Source: Chitinophaga sp.
GTDB lineage: Bacteria > Bacteroidota > Bacteroidia > Chitinophagales > Chitinophagaceae
Reading direction: 5' to 3'
NCBI RefSeq assembly: GCF_039596455.1
Contig: NZ_JBCNJR010000008.1
Coordinates: 25,508-89,507, forward strand
DNA length: 64,000 nucleotides
Translations under genes and position numbers: made by a program
The notes under the pieces: generated by a model
What the model saw: only the letters and a program-made list of their open reading frames with translations
The model's database searches: none
What the model was told of the DNA's origin: nothing
Shown here: piece after piece, positions 53,390 through 62,343 of the stretch
How the letters are laid out: the number at the start of each line of letters is the position of its first letter
Position numbering within the stretch: position 1 is the stretch's first letter

Positions 53390-54135
53390 GCAAAGCTATC
53401 GTTACCCGCAACCTCACCAAACGTTTTGGCGATTTTATTGCCACCAACGCCATCACTTTTGAAGTGGAGCAGGGGGAAATATTCGGCTTCCTGGGGGCCA
53501 ACGGCGCCGGGAAAACCACCGCCATGCGCATGCTGTGCGGCTTGTTGAAACCTTCTTCCGGTGAAGCTACAGTAGCCGGCTTCAATATTTTCACACAGGC
53601 TGAGCAGGTAAAGCGGCGCATCGGCTATATGAGCCAGAAGTTCTCGCTTTACGAAGATCTGACGGTGAAAGAGAACATCCGCTTCTACGGCGGTATTTAT
53701 GGCCTGAGCCACCAGCAGATCAAAAGCAAAACGGAAGAGCTGCTGGGAAAGCTGCAGCTGCAAAAGGAGGCGGATCACCTGGTCAGCTCCCTGCCGCTGG
53801 GCTGGAAACAAAAATTGTCTTTTTCCATTGCCGTGCTGCACAACCCGTCTATTGTGTTCCTGGATGAGCCTACGGGCGGGGTAGACCCCATTACCCGGCG
53901 CCAGTTCTGGGACCTGATCTACGAAGCGGCAGACGGCGGCGTCACCATTTTCGTGACCACGCACTATATGGACGAAGCGGAGTATTGCAACCGCATTTCC
54001 ATTATGGTAGACGGCAGAATAAAAGCGCTGGACACGCCGGCCCGCCTGAAGGAACAATACCGGGCAGATTCCATGAACGAGGTGTTCCTTCAGCTGGCGC
54101 GCGCCAAACCGGCGGAAAACAATTCATCATCTTAA
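53386..54135 (+). CDS. ABC transporter ATP-binding protein (YbhF C-half-like)
   Basis: GANGAGKT, LPLGWKQK, LDEPTGGVDP. Confidence 0.95.
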   Translation: MSKAIVTRNLTKRFGDFIATNAITFEVEQGEIFGFLGANGAGKTTAMRMLCGLLKPSSGEATVAGFNIFTQAEQVKRRIGYMSQKFSLYEDLTVKENIRFYGGIYGLSHQQIKSKTEELLGKLQLQKEADHLVSSLPLGWKQKLSFSIAVLHNPSIVFLDEPTGGVDPITRRQFWDLIYEAADGGVTIFVTTHYMDEAEYCNRISIMVDGRIKALDTPARLKEQYRADSMNEVFLQLARAKPAENNSSS

Positions 54136-54144
54136 CTGACCATC

Positions 54145-55251
54145 ATGCGGGAGTTCTTCGTTTTTGTCCGAAAGGAATGTTATCATATTTTCCGTGACAG
54201 GCGCACCCTGCTCATCCTCTTCGGCATGCCCGTAGTGCTGATTGTGCTGTTCGGCTTTGCCATCACGAATGAGGTGCGCAATGTGAAAATAGCGGTGCTT
54301 GACCAGGCGCAGGATGCCTATAGCCGGCAGCTCACAGACCGCATCACCGCATCTGGGTATTTCACGGTAGACCGGTACCTGCATGCGGAGCAAGATATTG
54401 AGCCCGTTTTCAGGAAAGGGGAGGTGAAAATGGTGATGGTAGTACCGCCCAATTTCGGCCATAAATTTTACCACGGCCGCAAAGCGCCGCTGCAGCTGCT
54501 TACAGACGCATCAGATCCCAACACCGGCACCACGCTGGTGAATTACGCCAACGCCATCATTCTCCGGTACCAGCAGGAAATGACGGGGAAGATCACTTTG
54601 CCGCTCACCATTCAGCCGGAGGCCCGCATGATCTACAACCCCTCGCTGAAAAGCGTGTTCCTGTTCGTTCCCGGAGTAATGACGCTGATACTCATGCTGG
54701 TCTGCGCCATGATGACCTCTATCACCATCACCCGGGAAAAAGAGCTGGGCACCATGGAAATACTGCTGGTTTCTCCGCTGAAACCCGTTACCATCATAGC
54801 GGGCAAGGTGATACCCTACATCGCCCTTTCTTTCATTATTGCTCTTACCATATTGGCTATGGGTTTCTGGATATTCGGCATGCCCATCAGGGGCAGCCTG
54901 CTATTGTTGCTGCTGGAGTGTTTGCTGTTTTGCCTGGCCGCGCTTTCACTGGGCATCCTCATATCCAGCCTGACCAATTCCCAGCAAACGGCCATGATGA
55001 TCTCCATGATGGGCCTGCTGCTGCCTACCATACTGCTTTCCGGCTTTGTGTTCCCGCTGGAGAGTATGCCGAAGCCGCTGCAGATATTCGCCAATATTGT
55101 TCCGGCCAAGTGGTTCATCATTATTTTGAAAGATGTGATGCTCAAAGGCGCCGGCCTGCGCCAGGTATGGCAGCCCACGCTCATCCTGGGCGGCATGACG
55201 CTGTTCTTCCTGCTGGTGAGCGTTCGCAAATTTAAAACCCGCTTAAGCTGA
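54145..55251 (+). CDS. ABC-2 permease (YbhS-like)
   Basis: KECYHIFRD, REKELGTMEILLVSP, LLSGFVFP. Confidence 0.93.
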   Translation: MREFFVFVRKECYHIFRDRRTLLILFGMPVVLIVLFGFAITNEVRNVKIAVLDQAQDAYSRQLTDRITASGYFTVDRYLHAEQDIEPVFRKGEVKMVMVVPPNFGHKFYHGRKAPLQLLTDASDPNTGTTLVNYANAIILRYQQEMTGKITLPLTIQPEARMIYNPSLKSVFLFVPGVMTLILMLVCAMMTSITITREKELGTMEILLVSPLKPVTIIAGKVIPYIALSFIIALTILAMGFWIFGMPIRGSLLLLLLECLLFCLAALSLGILISSLTNSQQTAMMISMMGLLLPTILLSGFVFPLESMPKPLQIFANIVPAKWFIIILKDVMLKGAGLRQVWQPTLILGGMTLFFLLVSVRKFKTRLS

Positions 55252-56369
55252 TGCGTACCATCTTCTTCATATTGCAAAAAGAGTTCCTGCAGGTGTTCCG
55301 CAACCGCTCCATGCTGCCCATCATTTTTGTGGTGCCCGTGGTGCAGCTGCTGGTGCTGGCCTTTGCCGCCAATTACGAGATCAGGAACCTCTCTGTAGAC
55401 GTGGTGGATTACGACGGTTCCACCTGGAGCCGCCAGCTGCGTGACAAGCTGCTTTCTTCCGGTTATTTCACCCTGCACCGCCAGTCTTACAGCCACAAGG
55501 AAGCGTTTGAAGACCTGGAGGCCAACCGGGCAGACCTTGTGCTCACTATTCCCGCACATTTTGAGCGGGACCTGGTGCGGGAAAATGAGGCTAAAGTGCA
55601 GCTGCTCGTAAACGCCATCAACGGCAGCAAGGCCGGCCTGGCCTATGGCTACGCCGCCAGCATTATTGGCCAGTTCAACCGGCAGGTGCGCATGGACTGG
55701 CTGGCGCTGGATGAAGACGATGGTCCGGAGCATATAGACGTTACCTACCGCTACTGGTACAACCCCACGCTTAACTACAAGTTTTTTATGGTGCCTGGTA
55801 TACTGGTGGTGCTGGTTACCCTTATAGGCGCATTTTTATCCGGGATGAACATTGTGAAGGAAAAGGAAATTGGTACCATTGAGCAGCTGAACGTAACCCC
55901 CATCCGCAAGCATCATTTTATAATCGGCAAGCTATTGCCCTTCTGGATCATAGCCTTGTTTGAACTGGCCTTTGGCCTGACGGTGGGCAAGCTGGTGTTC
56001 AGCCTGCCCTTTGAAGGCAATATTGCCTGGGTGTTCCTTTTTGCGGCCGTGTACCTGCTGGTGATGCTGGGGCTGGGCCTGCTGATTTCCACCTTTACGG
56101 AAACGCAGCAGCAGAGCATGTTCATCACCTGGTTTTTCCTGATCATTTTTATCCTGATGAGCGGGCTGTTCACGCCCATAGAAAGCATGCCCGCATGGGC
56201 GCAAAAGCTTACGCTCATTAACCCCGTAGCTTATTTTGTAAAGGTGATCCGCATGGTGATGCAGAAGGGGAGCGGCTGGGCGGACATACAACATTATTTC
56301 GGCATCATGCTGCTGATGGCCGCCGTGGTCAATGGTGTGGCCGTATGGAACTACCGTAAAACGGTTTAG
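55251..56369 (+). CDS. ABC-2 permease (YbhR-like)
   Basis: KEFLQVFRN, KEKEIGTIEQLNVTP, LMSGLFTP. Confidence 0.93.
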   Translation: MRTIFFILQKEFLQVFRNRSMLPIIFVVPVVQLLVLAFAANYEIRNLSVDVVDYDGSTWSRQLRDKLLSSGYFTLHRQSYSHKEAFEDLEANRADLVLTIPAHFERDLVRENEAKVQLLVNAINGSKAGLAYGYAASIIGQFNRQVRMDWLALDEDDGPEHIDVTYRYWYNPTLNYKFFMVPGILVVLVTLIGAFLSGMNIVKEKEIGTIEQLNVTPIRKHHFIIGKLLPFWIIALFELAFGLTVGKLVFSLPFEGNIAWVFLFAAVYLLVMLGLGLLISTFTETQQQSMFITWFFLIIFILMSGLFTPIESMPAWAQKLTLINPVAYFVKVIRMVMQKGSGWADIQHYFGIMLLMAAVVNGVAVWNYRKTV

Positions 56370-56388
56370 TAAACAGTTGTAGGAAAAC
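56368..56388 (+). repeat. right copy of exact 21-bp direct repeat AGTAAACAGTTGTAGGAAAAC
   Basis: Identical to 49509-49529; begins within the permease stop codon. Confidence 0.95.
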
Positions 56389-56392
56389 GGAC

Positions 56393-56424
56393 GGCCGGGG
56401 CATTTTTGCCCTGGCCTTCTTTTT
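56393..56424. terminator. terminator between convergent permease and MocR genes
   Basis: GGCCGGGGC/GCCCTGGCC stem plus TTCTTTTT. Confidence 0.7.
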
Positions 56425-56425
56425 C

Positions 56426-57844
56426 TCACCGCAGCGCCTGGTGTACCAGCTTCCCGATGGTTTTTAACCCGTCATCCACCTGTTTGCTCCAGGGGTTGGC
56501 AAAGCTGATGCGAAGGCAGTTATTATACCTGTCCTGCAGGGAGAAGATGCGCCCGGGCGCAAAGCTGATCTTGCGTTTCATGGCCTGCTCGTACAGCTCA
56601 ATGGTGTTCACCTGCTGGTTCAGCTCCAGCCACAGCACATAGCCGCCCTGCGGGCGGGTTACACAGGTGTCTTCCGGAAAGTAGTCTGCTATGGCCTGCT
56701 GGTAGCGGAGGCATTGGGTGTGCAGCAGCGTGCGGATGTTGCGCAGGTGGTGCTCATAACGGCCGTTTTCTAAAAAGTGGCCAATGGCCGCCTGCGGCAG
56801 CGTAGCGCTGGAAACGGAGTGGTTCAGCTTGAGGCGGAGCACCTTGTCTTTGTACTTGCCCGGCATGATCCAGCCTACGCGGTAGCCCGGCGCCAGGGAT
56901 TTGGAGAAGGAGTTGCAGTAAAGCACGTTGCCGGTGCGGTCATACTGTTTGCAGCTGCTGGGGCGGGTTTTGCCGAAATAGGTATCCCCGTAAATATCGT
57001 CCTCTATCAGCGGAATGTCGTATTTGTTCATGAGGCGCACCAGCTCCCGTTTGTTTTTGTCTGGCATGCAGGAGCCGATGGGGTTGTTGAAGTTGGTAAC
57101 AAATACGCAAGCCTTTATTTTGAACTTGGGAATAGCTTTGTCAAGGTACTCCAGGTCTACGCCGCATACCGGGTTGGTAGGCACTTCCAGCACCTTCAGG
57201 CCCAGGCTTTCCGCCAGCTGGAAGGTGCCGCAATAGGCCGGGCTTTCCAGCGCAATGACGTCTCCCGGCTGCGTGGTGGCCGAGAGGCAGAGCGTTAAAG
57301 CGTCCATACAGCCTGTTGTGGTCACGATATCATCCTCTGTAATAGTACCGCCCCATTGCAGGCTGAGGCGGGCAATTTGCCGCCTTAAATTCACGTTGCC
57401 CTGCAGGTTCTCGTAACTGGTGCCGTTGGCGGGCAGGCTGCGCATGGCCTGTATAAGCGATTTGCTCAGTTTGGCGGCGGGCAGCTGGCTCTCATGCGGC
57501 GCGGCTACGGAAAAACGCAGCACGTCGTCAGGCGAAAGGTGGTAGAACACTTCGGTGATCATGTCACTCACGTTCACTTCCGTGGCCTTTTTTACCGGCC
57601 GGCTGATCTTGGGCATTTCCGGCAGGCGGCGCGGGGAAAAACGCACGTAATAGCCCGATTTGGGCCGCGGTTCAATGTAGCCCTTGCTTTCCAGGTGATA
57701 ATACGCCTGGAAAACAGTGCTCATGCTGATGCCCTGCTCCTTGCTGAGGGAGCGTACAGAAGGCAGTTTGTCGCCAATACGGATGACCTCTTTTTCGATC
57801 ATCGTTTGTATACGTTCCGCCACCTGCAGGTATAAATGGTCCAT
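56426..57844 (-). CDS. MocR/GabR family regulator (GntR HTH plus PLP aminotransferase domain)
   Basis: KLPSVRSLS...STVFQAY...KSGYYV HTH; IEDDIY, SFSKSLAPGYRVGW PLP-lysine motif. Confidence 0.95.
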   Translation of the reverse strand: MDHLYLQVAERIQTMIEKEVIRIGDKLPSVRSLSKEQGISMSTVFQAYYHLESKGYIEPRPKSGYYVRFSPRRLPEMPKISRPVKKATEVNVSDMITEVFYHLSPDDVLRFSVAAPHESQLPAAKLSKSLIQAMRSLPANGTSYENLQGNVNLRRQIARLSLQWGGTITEDDIVTTTGCMDALTLCLSATTQPGDVIALESPAYCGTFQLAESLGLKVLEVPTNPVCGVDLEYLDKAIPKFKIKACVFVTNFNNPIGSCMPDKNKRELVRLMNKYDIPLIEDDIYGDTYFGKTRPSSCKQYDRTGNVLYCNSFSKSLAPGYRVGWIMPGKYKDKVLRLKLNHSVSSATLPQAAIGHFLENGRYEHHLRNIRTLLHTQCLRYQQAIADYFPEDTCVTRPQGGYVLWLELNQQVNTIELYEQAMKRKISFAPGRIFSLQDRYNNCLRISFANPWSKQVDDGLKTIGKLVHQALR

Positions 57845-57859
57845 AACGCCAATTTTGTA

Positions 57860-57895
57860 CTGATATGGTCAAAATTACGGAAATGATATCTGTTT
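57860..57895. promoter_or_regulatory. putative MocR box 1 (CTGATATGGTCAAAATT-N11-ATCTGTTT)
   Basis: In the divergent mocR/dinB spacer; matching copy at 59815-59850. Confidence 0.75.
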
Positions 57896-57941
57896 GGCTG
57901 GAATTTCCTAATTTCATTTTTCATTTAACCTGATTGCCGCC

Positions 57942-58415
57942 ATGCCAAGATTACCATTTTCCGTAGACACCCGTTTCCGCACCCAGCACCTTTCCCTGGC
58001 TGAAATGACCGCCGATCTGCCGCAGGAGCACCTGCAGCGGGAAGTGCGCCCCGGCAAATGGACGGCGCTGGAGAACGCGGCGCACCTGGCGGTGTTCCAC
58101 CCCGTGTATATGCAGCGTTTTAAACGGATACTGGAGGAAGACGAGCCCGTGTTTGAACGCTATGTGTGGGAAAACGATCCCCTCTTCGCCCAATATAAAA
58201 ACGTACGCAATGCCGCACTGCTGGATGTTTACCGGAAAGACCGGGAGAGCATGATAGCGTTCATAGACGGGCTGGATGAAAAAGCGCTCCGCCGCCACGG
58301 TACACACCCTGCTTACGGGCGGTTTGACATCACACAGTGGGTGGAATTGTTCATCCTGCATGAAGCCCATCACCTGTTCACCATTTTCCAGCTGGTGCAT
58401 ACCAAATCATCATGA
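57942..58415 (+). CDS. DinB/YfiT family protein
   Basis: GKWTALENAAHL and HEAHHL metal-binding His motifs. Confidence 0.88.
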   Translation: MPRLPFSVDTRFRTQHLSLAEMTADLPQEHLQREVRPGKWTALENAAHLAVFHPVYMQRFKRILEEDEPVFERYVWENDPLFAQYKNVRNAALLDVYRKDRESMIAFIDGLDEKALRRHGTHPAYGRFDITQWVELFILHEAHHLFTIFQLVHTKSS

Positions 58416-59308
58416 TCACGCTACCCGTCACCGACTATAAACATTTCAACTTTGCCGAAAGCCTGCAGTTCCTCAACCGTTCCCCGCGGGAATGCCTGCA
58501 TTATGTACGGAACGGCGCCGTGTACAAGCTGCTGGCCCCCCGCGGCAATCCTGTGCTGCTGCGGATAACGGAAGCCGCCGGCCAGGAAGCACTGACCGCC
58601 GAAGTGCTGCAGGGAGCAATAGATGCTAACGGCGAAGCATATATCGAAAGCTACATTAACCGTTGGCTGCACCTGGATGGCAGCATGCGGCCCTTCTACC
58701 GTTTTGCCGCCACGGATGCCCTGTTGGGCCCGCTGGTAGAGGAGTTCAGCGGGCTGCGGCTGGTGGGCATACCAGATCTTTTTGAGGCCATCACCTGGAC
58801 CATCACCGGCCAGCAGATCAACCTGGCTTTTGCCTATACCATGAAGCAGCGGCTGGTGCAGGCCTTCGGGCATGCGGTAGAATGGGAGGGAGGCACGTAT
58901 TACCTCTATCCGCACCCTGCCGTTATAGCCGTGCTGCGCCCTGAACACCTGATGCCCATGCAGTTTTCCCGCACCAAGGCAGAAGGCATCATCCGTATTG
59001 CACAGCTGATGGCCGGCGGGCATTTGAGTGAAGACATGCTGATGCAACTGCCGTATGAGCAGGCCCGTGATACCCTGTTGGCCATTAAAGGCATTGGCCC
59101 CTGGAGCGCCAATTATGTGCTCATGAAATTTGCGCAGCACCCGCAGGCATTGCCGCTGGAAGACGCCGGCCTGCACAATGCCCTGCGCCGCCGCCTGGGT
59201 CTGCCCGCCAAACCCGGCATACAGGAAGTAAAAAACATTACCCAACACTGGCAAAACCATGCAGCATATGCCACCTTCTACTGCTGGCGTTCCCTCTACG
59301 CCAAATGA
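58412..59308 (+). CDS. alkA: DNA-3-methyladenine glycosylase II (AlkA-like, no Ada domain)
   Basis: FEAITWTITGQQI, HhH motif LLAIKGIGPWSANY, D in PLED. Confidence 0.9.
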   Translation: MITLPVTDYKHFNFAESLQFLNRSPRECLHYVRNGAVYKLLAPRGNPVLLRITEAAGQEALTAEVLQGAIDANGEAYIESYINRWLHLDGSMRPFYRFAATDALLGPLVEEFSGLRLVGIPDLFEAITWTITGQQINLAFAYTMKQRLVQAFGHAVEWEGGTYYLYPHPAVIAVLRPEHLMPMQFSRTKAEGIIRIAQLMAGGHLSEDMLMQLPYEQARDTLLAIKGIGPWSANYVLMKFAQHPQALPLEDAGLHNALRRRLGLPAKPGIQEVKNITQHWQNHAAYATFYCWRSLYAK

Positions 59309-59321
59309 GTACGCGCTCAGC

Positions 59322-59768
59322 ATGCGTTCTCCCGTAGGCCGCCTGCTTGTCAGGGGTACAGCGGAATATATCAGCGCCGTATTGTTCACGGATGACGGGG
59401 AGGAGAGTGCGGATGCCCCGCCTTTGCTGCATGAATGCATCCGCCAGCTGCAGGAATATTTCGGGAAACAACGCCGCGTTTTTGAACTGCCCCTGCAACA
59501 ACCCGGCACGCCTTTCCAGCAAACGGTATGGCATCAGCTCACCACCATTCCTTTTGGTGAAACTATCACCTACCTGGCCCTCGCAAAAAGGGTAGGCAAT
59601 GTTAAAAGCATCCGCGCCGTAGGTACTACCAATGGCAAGAACAACCTGGCCATCATAGTGCCCTGCCACCGCGTGATTGGCAGTGGTGGCGAACTTACCG
59701 GTTATGCCGGTGGCTTATGGCGTAAACAGTGGCTGCTGGACCATGAGCGCGGCGGCCTGCTCTTCTGA
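59322..59768 (+). CDS. ogt: methylated-DNA--protein-cysteine methyltransferase
   Basis: GTPFQQTVW, IPFGETITY, RAVGTTNGKN, PCHRV active site, GYAGG; start uncertain. Confidence 0.93.
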   Translation: MRSPVGRLLVRGTAEYISAVLFTDDGEESADAPPLLHECIRQLQEYFGKQRRVFELPLQQPGTPFQQTVWHQLTTIPFGETITYLALAKRVGNVKSIRAVGTTNGKNNLAIIVPCHRVIGSGGELTGYAGGLWRKQWLLDHERGGLLF

Positions 59769-59814
59769 ATGACGAACCGCATTCGTCACGGATCACGGTT
59801 GCTTGTCAACCCAT

Positions 59815-59850
59815 CTGATATGGTCAAAATTTACAAAACTGAATCTGTTT
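59815..59850. promoter_or_regulatory. putative MocR box 2
   Basis: CTGATATGGTCAAAATT-N11-ATCTGTTT, same spacing as box 1; upstream of the decarboxylase. Confidence 0.75.
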
Positions 59851-59909
59851 TTTTATACAGAAAAGCTTGAATTTTGTGTTGTCAAATTGAGACCTAACAA
59901 CCGCGAACC

Positions 59910-61337
59910 ATGAACGCAACATTCCGCCACGACCTCTTACAGTTGAATGAACTGCTTTCCCAAACAGCCGCTTATGCGGGCGGTTTCCTCTCCCGGATCA
60001 ACGAGCTGAAAGTGAGTTTGCCGGTACCGGCCTTCCCGGCTACGGTACTGCCGGAAAAAGGCATGGGCGCCGCTGCTGCGCTGGAGCATTTTGACAACCG
60101 TTTTGGTGATTACCTCACCGGCAACGCCGGCCCCCGCTACTTCGGTTTTGTGACCGGCGGCGTTACGCCTGCGGCCCTGGCCGGGGATTGGCTTGCCAGT
60201 ACTATTGATATGAACCCGGCAGACAAGTCCGCCGTGTCTTTCCATATAGAAACCGAAACACTTGACCTGCTGAAACAATTGTTCGGCCTGCCGGAAGAGT
60301 TCCTGGGCTGTTTTGTGAGCGGGGCCACCATGTCCAATTTTACAGGACTGGCCGCCGCGCGGCAGTGGCTGGGCAGGCAGCAGGGAGTGGATGTAGATAC
60401 TGCCGGCGCAGGTGCACTGAAAGACGTAAAGGTATTGGCCGCCACGCCTCATTCCAGCATTGCCAAAGCATTATCCATGCTGGGCCTGGGCCGCAACGCC
60501 CTGGTGAAGCTGCCCACGTTGCCGGAGCGGGAAGCGGTAGATATCAACGCATTGAAAGCCTGGATAGCCGCGCACCCCGGCGAGCCCTTCATTTACGTGG
60601 CCAGTGCAGGCACGGTGAACACGGTAGACTTTGACGATATAGCCGCCATTGCGGAACTGAAAAAAGAACATGCTTTCTGGTTGCATGTAGACGCCGCTTT
60701 CGGCGGGTTTGCGGCCGCCAGTCCGAGATATAAACACCTGCTGCGCGGGTGGGAAGCGGCAGACAGCGTTACCATAGACGCCCATAAGTGGCTCAACGTG
60801 CCGTACGATGCGGCCATGATATTCACCCGTCATCCCTTGCTGCAGCTGGCCGTGTTCCAGAACGCGGGCGCAGCTTATCTGGGAGACCCCTCACAGCATT
60901 TCAATTACATCAACTACGCACCGGAAAACTCACGCCGCCTGCGCTCACTGCCCGCCTGGTTTTCACTGAAGGCTTACGGGGCCGAAGGTTACAGGGATAT
61001 GGTGGAAGAGAACATACGGCTGGCCCAGCAACTGGGCGAACGCATCCGCAAAAGCGAACGTTTCCGCCTGCTGGCGCCCGTGCGCCTCTGCGTGGTATGT
61101 TTTACGCTGAGCCATGAAAAACGAATGCTGGCGGAGCATGTACAACTGTTCCTGCAAAAACTCAATATGCGGGGCGTGGTATATGTAACGCCTACCCAAT
61201 ACCAGGGGCTGCCGGCTTTAAGGGCGGCGCTGGTCAACTGGCGGACTACAGACCAGGACATTGACAAGGTGATGGACGAACTGGAAACCGTTGCTGCTGA
61301 AATAGCCCATCTTTCCGCCATCCTGGAGAATAATTGA
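59910..61337 (+). CDS. group II PLP-dependent amino-acid decarboxylase (DDC/GAD family)
   Basis: PRYFGFVTGG, SGATMSN, AGTVNT, WLHVDAAFGG, DAHKWLNVPY. Confidence 0.92.
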   Translation: MNATFRHDLLQLNELLSQTAAYAGGFLSRINELKVSLPVPAFPATVLPEKGMGAAAALEHFDNRFGDYLTGNAGPRYFGFVTGGVTPAALAGDWLASTIDMNPADKSAVSFHIETETLDLLKQLFGLPEEFLGCFVSGATMSNFTGLAAARQWLGRQQGVDVDTAGAGALKDVKVLAATPHSSIAKALSMLGLGRNALVKLPTLPEREAVDINALKAWIAAHPGEPFIYVASAGTVNTVDFDDIAAIAELKKEHAFWLHVDAAFGGFAAASPRYKHLLRGWEAADSVTIDAHKWLNVPYDAAMIFTRHPLLQLAVFQNAGAAYLGDPSQHFNYINYAPENSRRLRSLPAWFSLKAYGAEGYRDMVEENIRLAQQLGERIRKSERFRLLAPVRLCVVCFTLSHEKRMLAEHVQLFLQKLNMRGVVYVTPTQYQGLPALRAALVNWRTTDQDIDKVMDELETVAAEIAHLSAILENN

Positions 61338-61431
61338 TTTAGAGGTTGATATTAGTAAAGGCGGCGGGTATCCACCCGTTGCTCGTTTTAACCTTGCCTT
61401 CTGTGAAGGAGCACCATATCAAAAACAAGTC

Positions 61432-62343
61432 ATGAAAAAGAACAACATAAACGCTTATGTGGCATTGGTAATAGTGAGCATCTTCTGGGGTACCACCTAC
61501 CTGGCCGCCAGAATAGGCGTACAACATATGCACGGCATGTTGCTGGCCGCCCTGCGGCAAACGGCCGCCGGCGTATTGCTCACAGGCTTCTTCCTGATAC
61601 GGGGGTACAAGCTGCCGGAGCTGCCTGTGCTTTCCCGGCTTTTTGTAATAGGCGTGCTCATGCTCTGCGGCAGCAACGGGCTCATGACCTGGGCCATGGC
61701 CTACATCCCCAGCGGCATGGGGGCCATTATAGCCGCTACTGTGCCTATCTGGATCACCATTTTCAGCTACTTCCTGGTACAGCGCACCAAAATAACGGTG
61801 CAGCTGGTGCTGGGCATGGTCATCGGTCTGCTGGGCATCGGCGGTATCTTTTGCGATCACATCAGGGAACTGATGGACCCGCAGTACCGCTTCGGCATTA
61901 TGCTCATCACCGCCGCCTGTGTGTTCTGGGCATTGGGCTCCGTGCTCACGGCCAAGTGGGCGCTGGGCGTCAACTACCTGTACGGCGCCGGTTTCCAGAT
62001 GTTGTTCAGCGGCATCGTGATGCTGGTCATTTCCCTGTTCATGGGCCAGGCGCTGCATATCAGCAGTTTTACCGGGGAACTGTGGGGCAGCCTGCTGTAC
62101 CTTATCTTCATCGGTTCCCTGCTGAGTTATTCCGCTTATGTATTCGCCCTGAACAATTTACCGCCTTCGCTCGTTTCCATTTATGCGTACATTAACCCTG
62201 TGGTGGCGGTAATTTTAGGCTGGCTCATACTCAGCGAAAAACTGAACTGGACAATTGGCGTTTCCTGCCTGGTAACCTTGCTGGGCGTATACCTCGTCAA
62301 CAACGCATTTAACAAGAATAAAAGTTATGAACGCAGCAAATGA
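61432..62343 (+). CDS. EamA/DMT family exporter
   Basis: About 10 TM helices; IFWGTTY, SIYAYINPVVAVILGW. Confidence 0.92.
   Translation: MKKNNINAYVALVIVSIFWGTTYLAARIGVQHMHGMLLAALRQTAAGVLLTGFFLIRGYKLPELPVLSRLFVIGVLMLCGSNGLMTWAMAYIPSGMGAIIAATVPIWITIFSYFLVQRTKITVQLVLGMVIGLLGIGGIFCDHIRELMDPQYRFGIMLITAACVFWALGSVLTAKWALGVNYLYGAGFQMLFSGIVMLVISLFMGQALHISSFTGELWGSLLYLIFIGSLLSYSAYVFALNNLPPSLVSIYAYINPVVAVILGWLILSEKLNWTIGVSCLVTLLGVYLVNNAFNKNKSYERSK

Noticed and set aside
45650-59795. 12-mer CGTCACGGATCA present at the end of the Spy-like gene and after ogt
   Set aside because: Too short, in unrelated contexts, compatible with chance.
59769-59870. 33-codon ORF (MTNRIRHG...) before the decarboxylase as a possible leader peptide
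   Set aside because: Runs across the putative regulator box and promoter, has no informative codon bias; more likely chance.
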